Shown here: positions 1-10,132 of the stretch, piece by piece
Position numbering within the stretch: the stretch's first letter is position 1
How the letters are laid out: the number at the start of each line of letters is the position of its first letter
Source: Escherichia phage SR04
Direction: 5' to 3' (one strand)
Length of the DNA: 40,594 nt
Sequence record: OQ870567.1
Made by a program: the position numbers and the translations under genes
The notes under the pieces: model-generated
The model's input: the letters and a program-made list of their open reading frames with translations, nothing else
Told to the model about the DNA's origin: nothing
Database searches by the model: none

Positions 1-2762
1 ACTACCGGCTCTGTTTTCTTCTCCCCATTAGAAGTAACAATAGGGTTGCTTCCGAGATATGCAGTTGTGAAACGGTTACTTGGTCCACCAAGCGCAATGA
101 CGTTATCGTGATAAGGCTTAACGTCAGCAGTCTGGAACAGATGCTCATCACCATTGTAAACTATTCGCTTTGAGTCGGTGTTATTTGCACCATAAAGCGT
201 AATCTGTGCGCCAGTCGTTGAACTGGTTCCTTCACCTCCGCAAAATATGGTGCGCTGCCCTGCCGGGTTATCAGTCGGTATAGACTTCCCGATAAACCCA
301 TATTCACCTTCCATTAAAACTTCAGAGCGAATGTTACTACTGGTGCTGGCTCTAATGGTCACATGACCTAAACCCAAATCCCCTGTAAATTCCATTGGCG
401 CAGGAACAGTGCGAATCCCATTCGTATCAAAAAACACGGGAACAGCTCTGTTAGGTACAGCACCATACCTGAAATCACGGGAGACATGATTACTTGGGCC
501 AATCTTCATTTTGTAGCAATACAAATCTGAGGGATGACCATCCGCTTTGAATGGGTCCTTCGCTGAGTTATCTCCATAGGTCCATGGGTTAAAATGGTCC
601 TCTCCACCAAACATGTAGTAGATGTAATTATCCTTCACAACTACCGAACCAACACCTACACCTGAGTTAACTATTCCGCCCTGATAAATCTGGTCAGTGA
701 TGTTAACCCATTCAATATCATCTGCATTCCAATTGTTTACATTCAAGCGCGCATAGAAGGTGCGAGGATAAGATGCCTTGTAACGATCATCTGGTGCACC
801 TGCTTCCCATTCATTTTCTGCACGTTCTGAACCAAACATAATAAGGTCATCCCCTACTTTAGCAAAAGGTAATGTAGTATGATGAACATTATGTGGAAAT
901 CTCAGTGACTCCCAAGTCTGACCTATGTCTCTACTACGATGCAAAGAGCTACCTAGTCTATCCCCACGAGTGCCACGAGTGATAAGGTATAATACACCGT
1001 CATAGTACTTGATGCACGGCTCTGCCGCATCTGGTTCATACTCAGATGGTATCTGACGACGAACATAACTAGATGGGCTATTGAAAGCGTCAGGGAAATA
1101 GAAAAGTCCAACTTCGCGTGGAGCTACATCGCCTTGATGATAACCCATAACAAAGCCATTGTTATCAATAGTAGCAAAGCTATGCACCTCTGTGACACGA
1201 GGGATTAGACCAAGGTCTGTCTTACGCCATGGAGACTTATGGAAAGAAGTACCCATGTGCCAATTCTTTCCAGCGTTATTCAAATCTGAAGTCTGCTGGT
1301 TGGGTGTAAGAACCGTGAAGTTGTCCTTATCTATTACGGTTGCAACAGTCATATCACCGGAGACACCTGTTACCGCAGAATTAGAGAAGTTAACAAAATC
1401 ACCCACGAATAGTCCGTGGTCTGGTACATGTATTGTTGCATATTGCTGATTTGCAGCTTTAGTGATACCACCAGTAAGATGCAGGCTACGAGGCATGGGG
1501 CGATCCCACAATGCACAATTGGTTAATGCGTTCTTGGCTAAAGTACGTGTTTCAATCATGGCAAACAGACGGTTGCGACATACACCCATACTCATACAGT
1601 GATAGTTCACTGTAGGGTAATCTGGATGCAGATCAGTTAACCACTCTGGAGTAGACCATGTTTGACCATCATCACCAGACTTAACCCATGATACATGCAG
1701 ACGACTAACACCATGACGATCACTACCCATGTAAGGTGCATATATCACATTATCATATACGAACGCTTTATCCTGAGGCCACGCATTGTAATAAGGGGTG
1801 TCCGTTATTTTGAACAACTCACCCTGAACAAATTCCTCAGAGGCATAATAAAGAGGTTGTCCGGGAATGCGCTCATAAACGAAACGAGTGTTGATGAAGC
1901 GACTAATGTCAGGCAGGGATGTGACCTTATATGTCTTCCCATTGCCATTAATCTTTTGTCCAACCGGTATGTCGTTTAATGCGCTCGTTAACGCTGCTGT
2001 ATCATCAGTGACACCATCACCTTTAGCACCCCAACCACGAACATCTTTTTCATCAAGCCAGCGTGCTCTATGTAATTCAGGGTAGAGTATTGCCCCTTCA
2101 GGATTTGAAATCTGACTTCTTAAAGCAGCATCACCAACACTAACCCACGCACCTAATCCAATCCCACCGGAAGTTTCAGGAGTTGAACCAGCAGGAACGT
2201 TCTTTGGAAGCGTACCATCCCAGCGGTAATAATCACCATCCTCTTCCCATAGCAGGACCTCGCTCCATGTTGTAACGTTGTAGCCTTTCTCGAAGGAGCG
2301 ACGGGTAATATAGCCAATTAGACCAGCTTCCCTGATACTCTCAGCGATTCGTCGTGCTTCGTCCTCGCTATCCTTAGCGTTGCCAGCAGAGCTACTAGCA
2401 GCATCGGCATATTCCTTCGCTAAGTCAACCGTTTGGTCTCGACCTTCTTCTGCAATATGGATAGCCTGAAGCTCTGAATTGGTCAGGTCACTAGCTGTCA
2501 ACACTGAGCCATTCCTGAAGTCTACCACTAAGTCAGTTCCAGTCTGACGGTGAATACGAACGATGTCGAAACCTGATTGGTCAACCAACATCTCAATCAT
2601 CGTTGGATTAAGGAATCGGTAATCTCGACCAACTTCCAGTACACGGTTCAGGGTAGGGTTAGAGCTATTCACCAGCGTAACAACAACAAACGTTCTGGCT
2701 AGGTAGTCGAACTCAATCCTGTACTGAGTGTTTCCTGAAGGGAATTGTGTAATCGTGGACAT
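1..2762 (-). CDS. Tail spike / endosialidase (T7 gene 17 position), 5' part; ATG at 2760-2762, continues across the circular junction into 40085-40517
   Basis: Hand translation gives MSTITQFPSGNTQYRIEFDYLARTFVVVTL..., matching the T7 gp17 N-terminal tail-attachment domain (EYLARKFVVVTL, DYRF, HVAEEARD). Downstream are sialidase Asp-boxes SGDDGQTW and SRDIGQTW. AGGAGG RBS at about 2767-2772. Confidence 0.85.
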   Translation of the reverse strand, partial: MSTITQFPSGNTQYRIEFDYLARTFVVVTLVNSSNPTLNRVLEVGRDYRFLNPTMIEMLVDQSGFDIVRIHRQTGTDLVVDFRNGSVLTASDLTNSELQAIHIAEEGRDQTVDLAKEYADAASSSAGNAKDSEDEARRIAESIREAGLIGYITRRSFEKGYNVTTWSEVLLWEEDGDYYRWDGTLPKNVPAGSTPETSGGIGLGAWVSVGDAALRSQISNPEGAILYPELHRARWLDEKDVRGWGAKGDGVTDDTAALTSALNDIPVGQKINGNGKTYKVTSLPDISRFINTRFVYERIPGQPLYYASEEFVQGELFKITDTPYYNAWPQDKAFVYDNVIYAPYMGSDRHGVSRLHVSWVKSGDDGQTWSTPEWLTDLHPDYPTVNYHCMSMGVCRNRLFAMIETRTLAKNALTNCALWDRPMPRSLHLTGGITKAANQQYATIHVPDHGLFVGDFVNFSNSAVTGVSGDMTVATVIDKDNFTVLTPNQQTSDLNNAGKNWHMGTSFHKSPWRKTDLGLIPRVTEVHSFATIDNNGFVMGYHQGDVAPREVGLFYFPDAFNSPSSYVRRQIPSEYEPDAAEPCIKYYDGVLYLITRGTRGDRLGSSLHRSRDIGQTWESLRFPHNVHHTTLPFAKVGDDLIMFGSERAENEWEAGAPDDRYKASYPRTFYARLNVNNWNADDIEWVNITDQIYQGGIVNSGVGVGSVVVKDNYIYYMFGGEDHFNPWTYGDNSAKDPFKADGHPSDLYCYKMKIGPSNHVSRDFRYGAVPNRAVPVFFDTNGIRTVPAPMEFTGDLGLGHVTIRASTSSNIRSEVLMEGEYGFIGKSIPTDNPAGQRTIFCGGEGTSSTTGAQITLYGANNTDSKRIVYNGDEHLFQTADVKPYHDNVIALGGPSNRFTTAYLGSNPIVTSNGEKKTEPV

Positions 2763-2808
2763 TATGCCTCCTTTGTTATTTAAACGGAGACCTATGGTAG
2801 CGCCTCCA

Positions 2809-2831
2809 GTTTCCTATAGTGATAGTTTAGT
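2809..2831 (-). promoter_or_regulatory. Phage RNAP promoter (phi17-like), overlaps the gp16 stop codon
   Basis: Minus strand reads ACTAAACTATCACTATAGGAAAC; the CACTATAGG core is shared with ten other sites and resembles the T7 class III consensus at -7 to +2. Confidence 0.7.
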
Positions 2832-5800
2832 CCTTGATGTGGATACCTTGCTCCTCAAACATTCCCAGTAACAACTTCTGAGTAATCGGGTCGTTCGGTA
2901 CCAGTTCACGGAAGGTGTTGTACATCCCGGTCATGTAGTCTCGTTCGTTAACACGGGTGTCTGACTTCAGGTATCCCGCCAAGTTGTAAGCCGTAGCACC
3001 AACGTTAGCAGCATAGCCGAAAGCCGGGACCTGCTCAAGGAAGTTGCCGACCACATTCATTACCGGACCACTGGAAGCAGCACCAAAGGCGATTGGCTTC
3101 TCCGTCTTCTCTGTAGGCGAACGAGGTAGGATAGACGAACGGAGCATCTTAGTGTCCTCATATCCAGCGATTCCACCTAGAATGTTAGCTACCCCAAGTG
3201 GGCCACCCAGATGTGAACTACGGGACAGAGCCGCATAACCAATCATCGTCGGGTCCAGAGCTTGCTTAAGGTAGTCACGGTCTCGACCATCCTGCATAGC
3301 ATAAGCCTTGACGTGCACCTGAGCTATGTAGTAGATACCAGCCAGACCCATAGACATCACGGTCGATAATGCAGCGTCAATCGCTCGGTTGTTCTTCGTG
3401 GCGTTATAGAAGGTACGCATGGTTCGCCCATTGATGGACTTGATGACGAAGTTCTTAAACTGAAGGACAGTCTTAGCGATAGGGCCATAAGCCTTGGCGT
3501 CCATGTTGGACAGCTTGTGGGGCCGGAGTAACGTTTCGTCAGCGATGGTGTCACCCATACGCCATAGGTCCATAGCCCTTGGGTCCTGACTGAACGCCTT
3601 CTTATCCTTGATGGTGTACTTCCCGTCTGGACCACGAGTCACTGACTCACGGATTAGGGACTTAATGCCATTCCACTGCTCGTCAGATATACCAGCGGTC
3701 TTCAGCCAGCGGTCATCGAACTTACGCTTACTACCAGTCAGGCTATGCTCCACGATGTCAGATAGGAAGCCTTGACGTCCAGCATCTAACAGGTAGTTGG
3801 TCGTACCGTTGAGGACTTTAGTGAACGGAGAGCGTACTGCAAGTTCGCCAGTGTAATACTTGGCAGTCCCCAGAGCTGTAGCTGTACCACGACCAAGGTC
3901 ACTGTAAGATCGCAGACGGTCAATGACATCCTGTTTAGACGGACGGATTGAGTCATCCAGTTCCTTACCGAAGATAACATTGTGCAGGTCCTTAATCTCT
4001 GAGGCCCCAACCTTCTTGTTACGGAAGGCTAGGTCACGGAAAATCGGGACTCCATGCAGCATTGCACGAACGTTGCCACGAGCCAGCATACCACCAATCT
4101 CCGTTAAGTTCTGAACACCCATGTAGGCATTCTTAGCGAAGAACGATAGGTCTGTCATTGTTCGCATCACGGTAGCGAAGGCTGCATCGTCAGCACCATC
4201 ACGTCGAGCACGACCTGTTAGAATCTTCAAGGTGTCACGTAAGGTAGATACTTCACCTTTCAACTTACCGTCATCCCCAGCCTTGTTCATCATGGTCTCA
4301 ACCAAGTCCTTCATGTCCTTCGTTGTTTTGCCTGTACCAGCCATGATAGCAATATCGCCATTAACTCGACGGTTGTAGGCCGGGACAATCTTGTCCATGT
4401 CCCACTCACGCAGGTTGTTGACACTGAAGGTCTGACCGTTAGGTAGGACGATTGACATATCGCTATCGAACAGGTTACGAGCCTCAAGGAAGCTGTTGTT
4501 CTCCAGACCAACCAGACCGTTGATGTTCTCTTCCATTACGGATGAACGTTCGAACTGCTCGGTGTGGGAGATGCCGTAAGCCTTATCGTTGGCGTACTTA
4601 TCGACCGCAGCAGCAAGCCCCTCTGGAGTCAACGTAGGGTCAGACTCTAAGAGTGCCTCGTCCACGCGTTTCTTGACTTCAGGTCGAGACGCATAGCTGG
4701 TCAACCATGACTTCTTGATGGCCTCCTGCAACGCCTCTGGACTCCCAAGCTCCTTGATGTACAGCTCCTTCATCTGTTTGCTATACACATGAGGGACGTA
4801 GGTTCCCTTGAAGCGGCTACCCGGAAAGATAGACTGAGCGTCTGGACGACCAAACATCGCCGGGTTCTCCATCATCTCACGCTTGGCGTCAAACTGGTTC
4901 TTCAGTAGGTCATAGACTTTAAGTTCTCCCGGAGTCAGTTCAGCCTTCAGGTTCCCACTTCCGTCTTCAATAGCCATAGACACACGCTGGTAGATGTCCT
5001 GACGGAATGCGCCAGAGTCTCGCCAGAATGCTGTCTGGAAGTACGGGTCCTTCAGTGCCTCAGTAACCGCATCGTCGATGTCGTTGTAGAACCGATGGTC
5101 CACAGCACGAAGTCTCTCGAATACGTCAGACGCAGTGGTCCCGATTTTACCTGAGGCCCCAGACTGCATACCAGTTGGTGAACGCACTAAGTCAGAAGCT
5201 ACTCCACGAATCTCAGGGTTCTCAGACCGAAGCAGCTTCAGGCCAATCTCAGTCAGACCACCAAGGTTCACACCCGCAGCGGCCCGTTCAGGCTCAATCA
5301 CTTCGTCAAAGACTTGACGTGTCTTAGGGTTCAGAGGGTTTTCACCAATCAGGATTGAACCATCTTCCAGTCGTACACTACCCGGCTCATTCGGAACGTC
5401 AGCGAACTTAACGCCTTGATGACTAAAGGTCTCCTCACCTTCTTGAATAGGAAGACGAGACAGGTCCTGACCATCAACGTTACGAGCGGTCTCACGAGCT
5501 TCCAGACGTGTGGCTGGACCAGCAAACTCATTAGTGTTGCGACCTAAGGCTCTGCCTAACCCATCAGCGATGGCAGTCATACCACCACCAAAGAGAGCAC
5601 CACCAAGGATAGCTTCAGCCACATGAGCATCACCGCCAGCCACTGAGGTACGGGCCATCTCTGATACACCAGCAAGTGCTCCAGATTGAGCAGCCACGGT
5701 GAACATCTTGTTGACCAGCTTCGCACCTTTGCCAACCTGTCCAGCGATAGGAACGTAGGTCAGCGGGTCTACACCAGCACCAATCACACCAGCTGCTAAC

Positions 5801-6714
5801 TGAGCACCAGTCCCAGCCTTGGCCTTCTCTTGGTCCAACTTCTGGTTCTCAAGCGCTAAGTTAATAAGCTCGGTCAGGTTCTGAGGGGAGCCGCCAGTAA
5901 TGACACCGTAATACTGAGGGAGAACTCCAGCGTTACGAATCTGGTCCAGCTCCTCACGAGACCACTTATGGTTGTTCCAGCGGGTAGGGTTGAACACATC
6001 GCCAATGACATCAAGTGAGTCCTCGGTCTGACCAGCGCGGATAGCCACGCCGACCATAGAGTTCTTCACTTCAGCTTCTGTAGCCGATCCGAAACCGAAC
6101 CACGTAGAGCGATCCTCTCGTTCCTGCATGGTCTCGCCAGTAGACTTATAGAACATCTCACCGAACGATTCGTTGGGAGCTTCAGGTGCTTGACCCTCAA
6201 TGTTTAGACCAGCAGCGGTCGGAAGGTTCTCGCCCAGAGCTACTTTAGGTTTAGCCTTGAGTCCTTCCGTGAGTGCGTCAAATACGTTAGCGCTTACTGG
6301 TGGAGTCTTTGGGCTAATGCCATTGAGTGCCCGTGCGACTCCCTTCTGATAGACTTCAGGATTGTACCGGGAGCCTGTCTCCTGGAAGCTAATAGCTTGC
6401 GCCAGAGCAGACAGGGTGTCCGGGTTCGATAGGTCGAGACTCTGGGTAGCTGGAATACCGGTTGCAGCCACCACTGAGTCAATATAAGCCTTAGTGTCGT
6501 TCTCGTTAGGAGGTGCCCATCGGTTGATAATCTTCTCGATGGAGTCATAACCTCGGCGACCGTAGGACAGCAGGTTTTTACCTAAAGCTCGGACGCCAGA
6601 CTCTGGACTATCGAAGGTGACGAATGCGCCATCATCTCCAGTCATTCCTTCCCATTGGTCCTTACTTACCCGGATGTTACCCGGATTGTTATTGCGAATA
6701 CCACGAGTCGCCAT
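2827..6714 (-). CDS. Internal virion protein D (gp16-like, 1295 aa) with an atypical N-terminal domain
   Basis: The C-terminal two thirds align by eye with T7 gp16 (LRSPTGMQSGASGK, AYGISH, NGDIAIMG, KILTGRARR, PNDPITQKLL). The N-terminus carries an NNPGNIR motif rather than the T7 transglycosylase motif. Confidence 0.85.
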   Translation of the reverse strand: MATRGIRNNNPGNIRVSKDQWEGMTGDDGAFVTFDSPESGVRALGKNLLSYGRRGYDSIEKIINRWAPPNENDTKAYIDSVVAATGIPATQSLDLSNPDTLSALAQAISFQETGSRYNPEVYQKGVARALNGISPKTPPVSANVFDALTEGLKAKPKVALGENLPTAAGLNIEGQAPEAPNESFGEMFYKSTGETMQEREDRSTWFGFGSATEAEVKNSMVGVAIRAGQTEDSLDVIGDVFNPTRWNNHKWSREELDQIRNAGVLPQYYGVITGGSPQNLTELINLALENQKLDQEKAKAGTGAQLAAGVIGAGVDPLTYVPIAGQVGKGAKLVNKMFTVAAQSGALAGVSEMARTSVAGGDAHVAEAILGGALFGGGMTAIADGLGRALGRNTNEFAGPATRLEARETARNVDGQDLSRLPIQEGEETFSHQGVKFADVPNEPGSVRLEDGSILIGENPLNPKTRQVFDEVIEPERAAAGVNLGGLTEIGLKLLRSENPEIRGVASDLVRSPTGMQSGASGKIGTTASDVFERLRAVDHRFYNDIDDAVTEALKDPYFQTAFWRDSGAFRQDIYQRVSMAIEDGSGNLKAELTPGELKVYDLLKNQFDAKREMMENPAMFGRPDAQSIFPGSRFKGTYVPHVYSKQMKELYIKELGSPEALQEAIKKSWLTSYASRPEVKKRVDEALLESDPTLTPEGLAAAVDKYANDKAYGISHTEQFERSSVMEENINGLVGLENNSFLEARNLFDSDMSIVLPNGQTFSVNNLREWDMDKIVPAYNRRVNGDIAIMAGTGKTTKDMKDLVETMMNKAGDDGKLKGEVSTLRDTLKILTGRARRDGADDAAFATVMRTMTDLSFFAKNAYMGVQNLTEIGGMLARGNVRAMLHGVPIFRDLAFRNKKVGASEIKDLHNVIFGKELDDSIRPSKQDVIDRLRSYSDLGRGTATALGTAKYYTGELAVRSPFTKVLNGTTNYLLDAGRQGFLSDIVEHSLTGSKRKFDDRWLKTAGISDEQWNGIKSLIRESVTRGPDGKYTIKDKKAFSQDPRAMDLWRMGDTIADETLLRPHKLSNMDAKAYGPIAKTVLQFKNFVIKSINGRTMRTFYNATKNNRAIDAALSTVMSMGLAGIYYIAQVHVKAYAMQDGRDRDYLKQALDPTMIGYAALSRSSHLGGPLGVANILGGIAGYEDTKMLRSSILPRSPTEKTEKPIAFGAASSGPVMNVVGNFLEQVPAFGYAANVGATAYNLAGYLKSDTRVNERDYMTGMYNTFRELVPNDPITQKLLLGMFEEQGIHIKD

Positions 6715-6719
6715 TATTA

Positions 6720-9002
6720 TTACTCCTTACCGATTAAGGTGTTTGCGATACCCTCCAGTGAGACGTCATTGTACATCCCACCGCGCTTCTCGATGTTGGC
6801 CTCTCGGTCAGCTCGACGTTTGTCACCAGCAGCTTTAGTCCCGACGATACGCGCTCGCTTGTTAGCGTCACGTTCTGCCTGAGCGTATGCGGCATCTTGT
6901 GCCTTCTGCTGTTGTTCGCGGTAGAGTTTACCTACAAGTTCTTTATCGTAGCGAATACGAATAGTCCCTGTAGCGTCTTGGAGGAAGATAGAGCCGTTCT
7001 GTTCAACAACGGACAACTGAGAGTTAACTACCCAAGGGTTAGCCTTAATGAGCTGCTTACGAGCGGTGTCGATAATGTCTCGACCTACCTGCCACGACTC
7101 TGGGTTATCCCCGACCATAAGCTGGTGCTTGGACACCATGCCGATGGACTTACCGTCAGAACCTTCAGACTGGAACGTTATGGTGTTCTCATTCAGCCAG
7201 CGTTGAGTCTGCTGCGTTGCAGCGTCAGCGTTACCTGTACGATAGTACCATGAGTCCCAGACCTTACGAGCACTTGCGTCCAGAGACGTAGGAAGACGCG
7301 AAAGGTCCTTATTCCGAGAGTCGTTCTTCAACTCCTGCCACGCCTTGTCTGACTCCATGCGCATCTCACGGCTTTGACTTGCAGCTTGCTTATCAGCTTC
7401 AATCATCGTCTGAGGGTCCAGACCCATCTTGTCCATCTGGTCGAACGTAGAGAACAACTGAGCTTGGTCAGGATACAGAGCAGCAAAACTTGAAGGGTCC
7501 TGAGTGTAGGCACGACGAAGAGATTCGAAGCGTTGCATCTTGTCTGGGTCGTACTGCCCACGGATGACCGCAGCTTGCCACTCACCAGCAGCGTCCTGAG
7601 TCAGCGTCTGGAAGGCATTACGGAACGGACCATTGTTAGTGTCAGCCCTTAACAATGCCACCTTCTGTGCGTCTTTAGCAGCCTCAGGGATGTCCATCTG
7701 GTCAATCTGCTGCAGCTTGGCAGACGCATAGTTGTTCATGTCTGAACGCTTGAACTCTCCTGTGGATTCAGAGACCGGAAGGTCCTCATAGTTGGTGGAC
7801 ACGTTGTCTCCAGCCAGACGTCGCTGATACACTTGGTCGATGACAAGTTGCTTGTTCTGGGTCTGGATTAACTTAGTGTTCTCCTTAGCCTGTTCAGCGG
7901 ACTTACGCTTGACCGCTTCCAGTAAGCTGGCTTCGGCATTAATAAGCATCTGACGCTGAGGCGTTAGTTCTTCACCCGGCTGAAGCAGGTTGTTCTGCTC
8001 CTTGAGTTTCTGAATCTGGGCCAGACCGATGGTTGGGTCATCCTGAAGAATCGCAGACTGAACGCCTAACGACAAGTCTTCCTGATACTTAGCCACCAGT
8101 TTATACTCAGTACCTTGGGCCTCAACCATAGCAGCATTGAAGACGTCAGGTCCTACAATCTCTTCGATGGTAGCGTCAACACCGTTAAGGGTGATACGCT
8201 CGCCACGGACTTGCTGTAGGAAGTTTGAGCCGCCTGACTTCTGGATTGCGTCACGGACCGTCTGGGTAATGACCTCCCGCGCTCGCTGGTCCGAGGGTAT
8301 AGCAGCAGTAGTCAGTCCATCACGAAGGTAGGCCGTGAATGTCTTGCCAGACTCAGGTGAACGCATCAGGTCGCCATCGTTCAGGAATGAGTTCATCTCA
8401 ATACGAGTGTTCAACATTGCTGTCTCTTCAGACTGCTTGCTGAAATACTTATTGAAAGACCCATAGATAGCGATGTTGCGGTCTGTGATGTTATCGTTGA
8501 ACCCACGCTGGAAGAACTCGTCTGTAGGGTTGATACCCGCCTCTTCAGCATAGGACTTAGCGGCGTCCTGAAGTCGCTGGTGGCGATACTCTTCCATGTC
8601 CTGACGTGTACGGAACTCACCGTTCTGAATCTTAACGTTAATCTCGTCGTCTACAGCAAAGGCAGCATTACGACCAGTCTTGACTCGAAGCGCTTCCATA
8701 GCGTAAGGGTCATCCTGATACAGCAATGTGCCGTTCTGGATAGCCTCGCGTCTTTGCTGAGGTGTCAGTTTACGGATAATCTCGTTAGACCGCTCGTCGG
8801 CCCGTGTCTTCTCCTCGTCCTTGAACTGCTTGTACAATCCAGTCCCAGACTCAACGAAGTTGGTTAACGCACGAGCAAGACCGGAGTCCCCAGTCGGAGC
8901 CTGAACGCTGGCTGCTTGATAGTTGACGGCGATAGTTTTACCCGGCGCTCTGCCACGACCCATAGTCCGATTAGCCAGAGCTGATTCAATATTACTAGCC
9001 AT
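6720..9002 (-). CDS. Internal virion protein C (gp15-like, 760 aa)
   Basis: Position between gp14 and gp16, size and T7 synteny; ATG start confirmed. Confidence 0.8.
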   Translation of the reverse strand: MASNIESALANRTMGRGRAPGKTIAVNYQAASVQAPTGDSGLARALTNFVESGTGLYKQFKDEEKTRADERSNEIIRKLTPQQRREAIQNGTLLYQDDPYAMEALRVKTGRNAAFAVDDEINVKIQNGEFRTRQDMEEYRHQRLQDAAKSYAEEAGINPTDEFFQRGFNDNITDRNIAIYGSFNKYFSKQSEETAMLNTRIEMNSFLNDGDLMRSPESGKTFTAYLRDGLTTAAIPSDQRAREVITQTVRDAIQKSGGSNFLQQVRGERITLNGVDATIEEIVGPDVFNAAMVEAQGTEYKLVAKYQEDLSLGVQSAILQDDPTIGLAQIQKLKEQNNLLQPGEELTPQRQMLINAEASLLEAVKRKSAEQAKENTKLIQTQNKQLVIDQVYQRRLAGDNVSTNYEDLPVSESTGEFKRSDMNNYASAKLQQIDQMDIPEAAKDAQKVALLRADTNNGPFRNAFQTLTQDAAGEWQAAVIRGQYDPDKMQRFESLRRAYTQDPSSFAALYPDQAQLFSTFDQMDKMGLDPQTMIEADKQAASQSREMRMESDKAWQELKNDSRNKDLSRLPTSLDASARKVWDSWYYRTGNADAATQQTQRWLNENTITFQSEGSDGKSIGMVSKHQLMVGDNPESWQVGRDIIDTARKQLIKANPWVVNSQLSVVEQNGSIFLQDATGTIRIRYDKELVGKLYREQQQKAQDAAYAQAERDANKRARIVGTKAAGDKRRADREANIEKRGGMYNDVSLEGIANTLIGKE

Positions 9003-9013
9003 TAGTCCTCCTC

Positions 9014-9601
9014 TTAGCTATGACCTGTAGGTGTGCCTTTAGCAGCACTAATTGGTGCAGCACCACCAGAGCTGGACGCTCCAGAGATTGACTTACCAGC
9101 GGCGTAACCTTGCATCCCGGCGTTAGCAACATTAAGTGCATGAGCCAGTGGGCTGGTCTTGATGATTTTACCTTGACCACGGATAGCAGACTTGGTGTTC
9201 TCGATGTTGGCGATACGGTTCCCGAAGATAGCCGCATAGTCGCGGTTGTAACTTTCGGTAATCCCTGCTCGCTCCTTGACTGTATCTCCTGCGACCTGAC
9301 GTTCAATCCTGTCCATAGAGTTACCTTCCAGACCGGACTCAGCCACCGCAGCTCGGACCATACCCTGATTGCGGATACCGTTGAGCGTGGTCTCTGTCAG
9401 TTCAGCCATCTGCTGCTCCTTCAGGTCGCGCTCCTGCATCCTCAGGTTGGCGTCAGAGTAGTTCATCTGCTTAACCATTTCCTGAGCCTGTCGGTTCTGA
9501 GCGTCAATTGCCGCTCCTTCAGCCTTGGCCTGTTGGGATGCGGACATAGTGGCACCAGCTACAGCCATAATACCCATGCCGATACTTACTGGCTCGCACA
9601 T
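9014..9601 (-). CDS. Internal virion protein B (gp14-like, 195 aa)
   Basis: Starts MC..., has SMDRI and a C-terminal AAKGT motif as in T7 gp14; synteny. Confidence 0.8.
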   Translation of the reverse strand: MCEPVSIGMGIMAVAGATMSASQQAKAEGAAIDAQNRQAQEMVKQMNYSDANLRMQERDLKEQQMAELTETTLNGIRNQGMVRAAVAESGLEGNSMDRIERQVAGDTVKERAGITESYNRDYAAIFGNRIANIENTKSAIRGQGKIIKTSPLAHALNVANAGMQGYAAGKSISGASSSGGAAPISAAKGTPTGHS

Positions 9602-10056
9602 ACGTCCTCCTTAGAGATAGTGAATAGTTGAAAACGCTCACCAGTTACTAGGCTTACAGTCCAATCATCATGGAATTTAGCCCCAAGCAACTTCAAGAAT
9701 TTAATGTGAGACTTATTGCCTGACCACACGTAGTTCCAGATGGTCCCGTATTGGTCTAACATTAAGTCCCTGTATTCAGAGATACGCTTTATGAACTCTC
9801 GCTTCTCTTTAGGTCTCATCTTATAGACAAGACCGGAAGTCAAGAACCATACATTATCCCCTTGGTTTCCACCATAGGCAAACACTTCGCCTACACCGTT
9901 CGTTAAAACCACAGATGACGGAGATAGGTGCTTAAGCAGTCTTTCAGAGAGACCAACGGTTGACCCATAGTTTGCTTTGCACTCATTAACATCATCTGCT
10001 GAAAGATGCCACAGAAAGTAGTGGACATCTGGTTCCGTAGCCTTGCGAATATACAT
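9586..10056 (-). CDS. Internal virion protein A (gp13-like, 156 aa)
   Basis: Positional homologue between the phi13 promoter and gp14; ATG start, AGGAG RBS. Confidence 0.6.
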   Translation of the reverse strand: MYIRKATEPDVHYFLWHLSADDVNECKANYGSTVGLSERLLKHLSPSSVVLTNGVGEVFAYGGNQGDNVWFLTSGLVYKMRPKEKREFIKRISEYRDLMLDQYGTIWNYVWSGNKSHIKFLKLLGAKFHDDWTVSLVTGERFQLFTISKEDVCASQ

Positions 10057-10085
10057 AAAGTCTCCTTATAACCTTAAGGGCCTAT

Positions 10086-10108
10086 AGTCCCTATAGTGAT
10101 AGTTAAGG
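10086..10108 (-). promoter_or_regulatory. Phage RNAP promoter (phi13-like)
   Basis: Minus strand TTAACTATCACTATAGGGACT about 35 nt upstream of the gene 13 ATG. Confidence 0.7.
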
Positions 10109-10132
10109 TAAATCTATAGGCCCTTCAATAAG

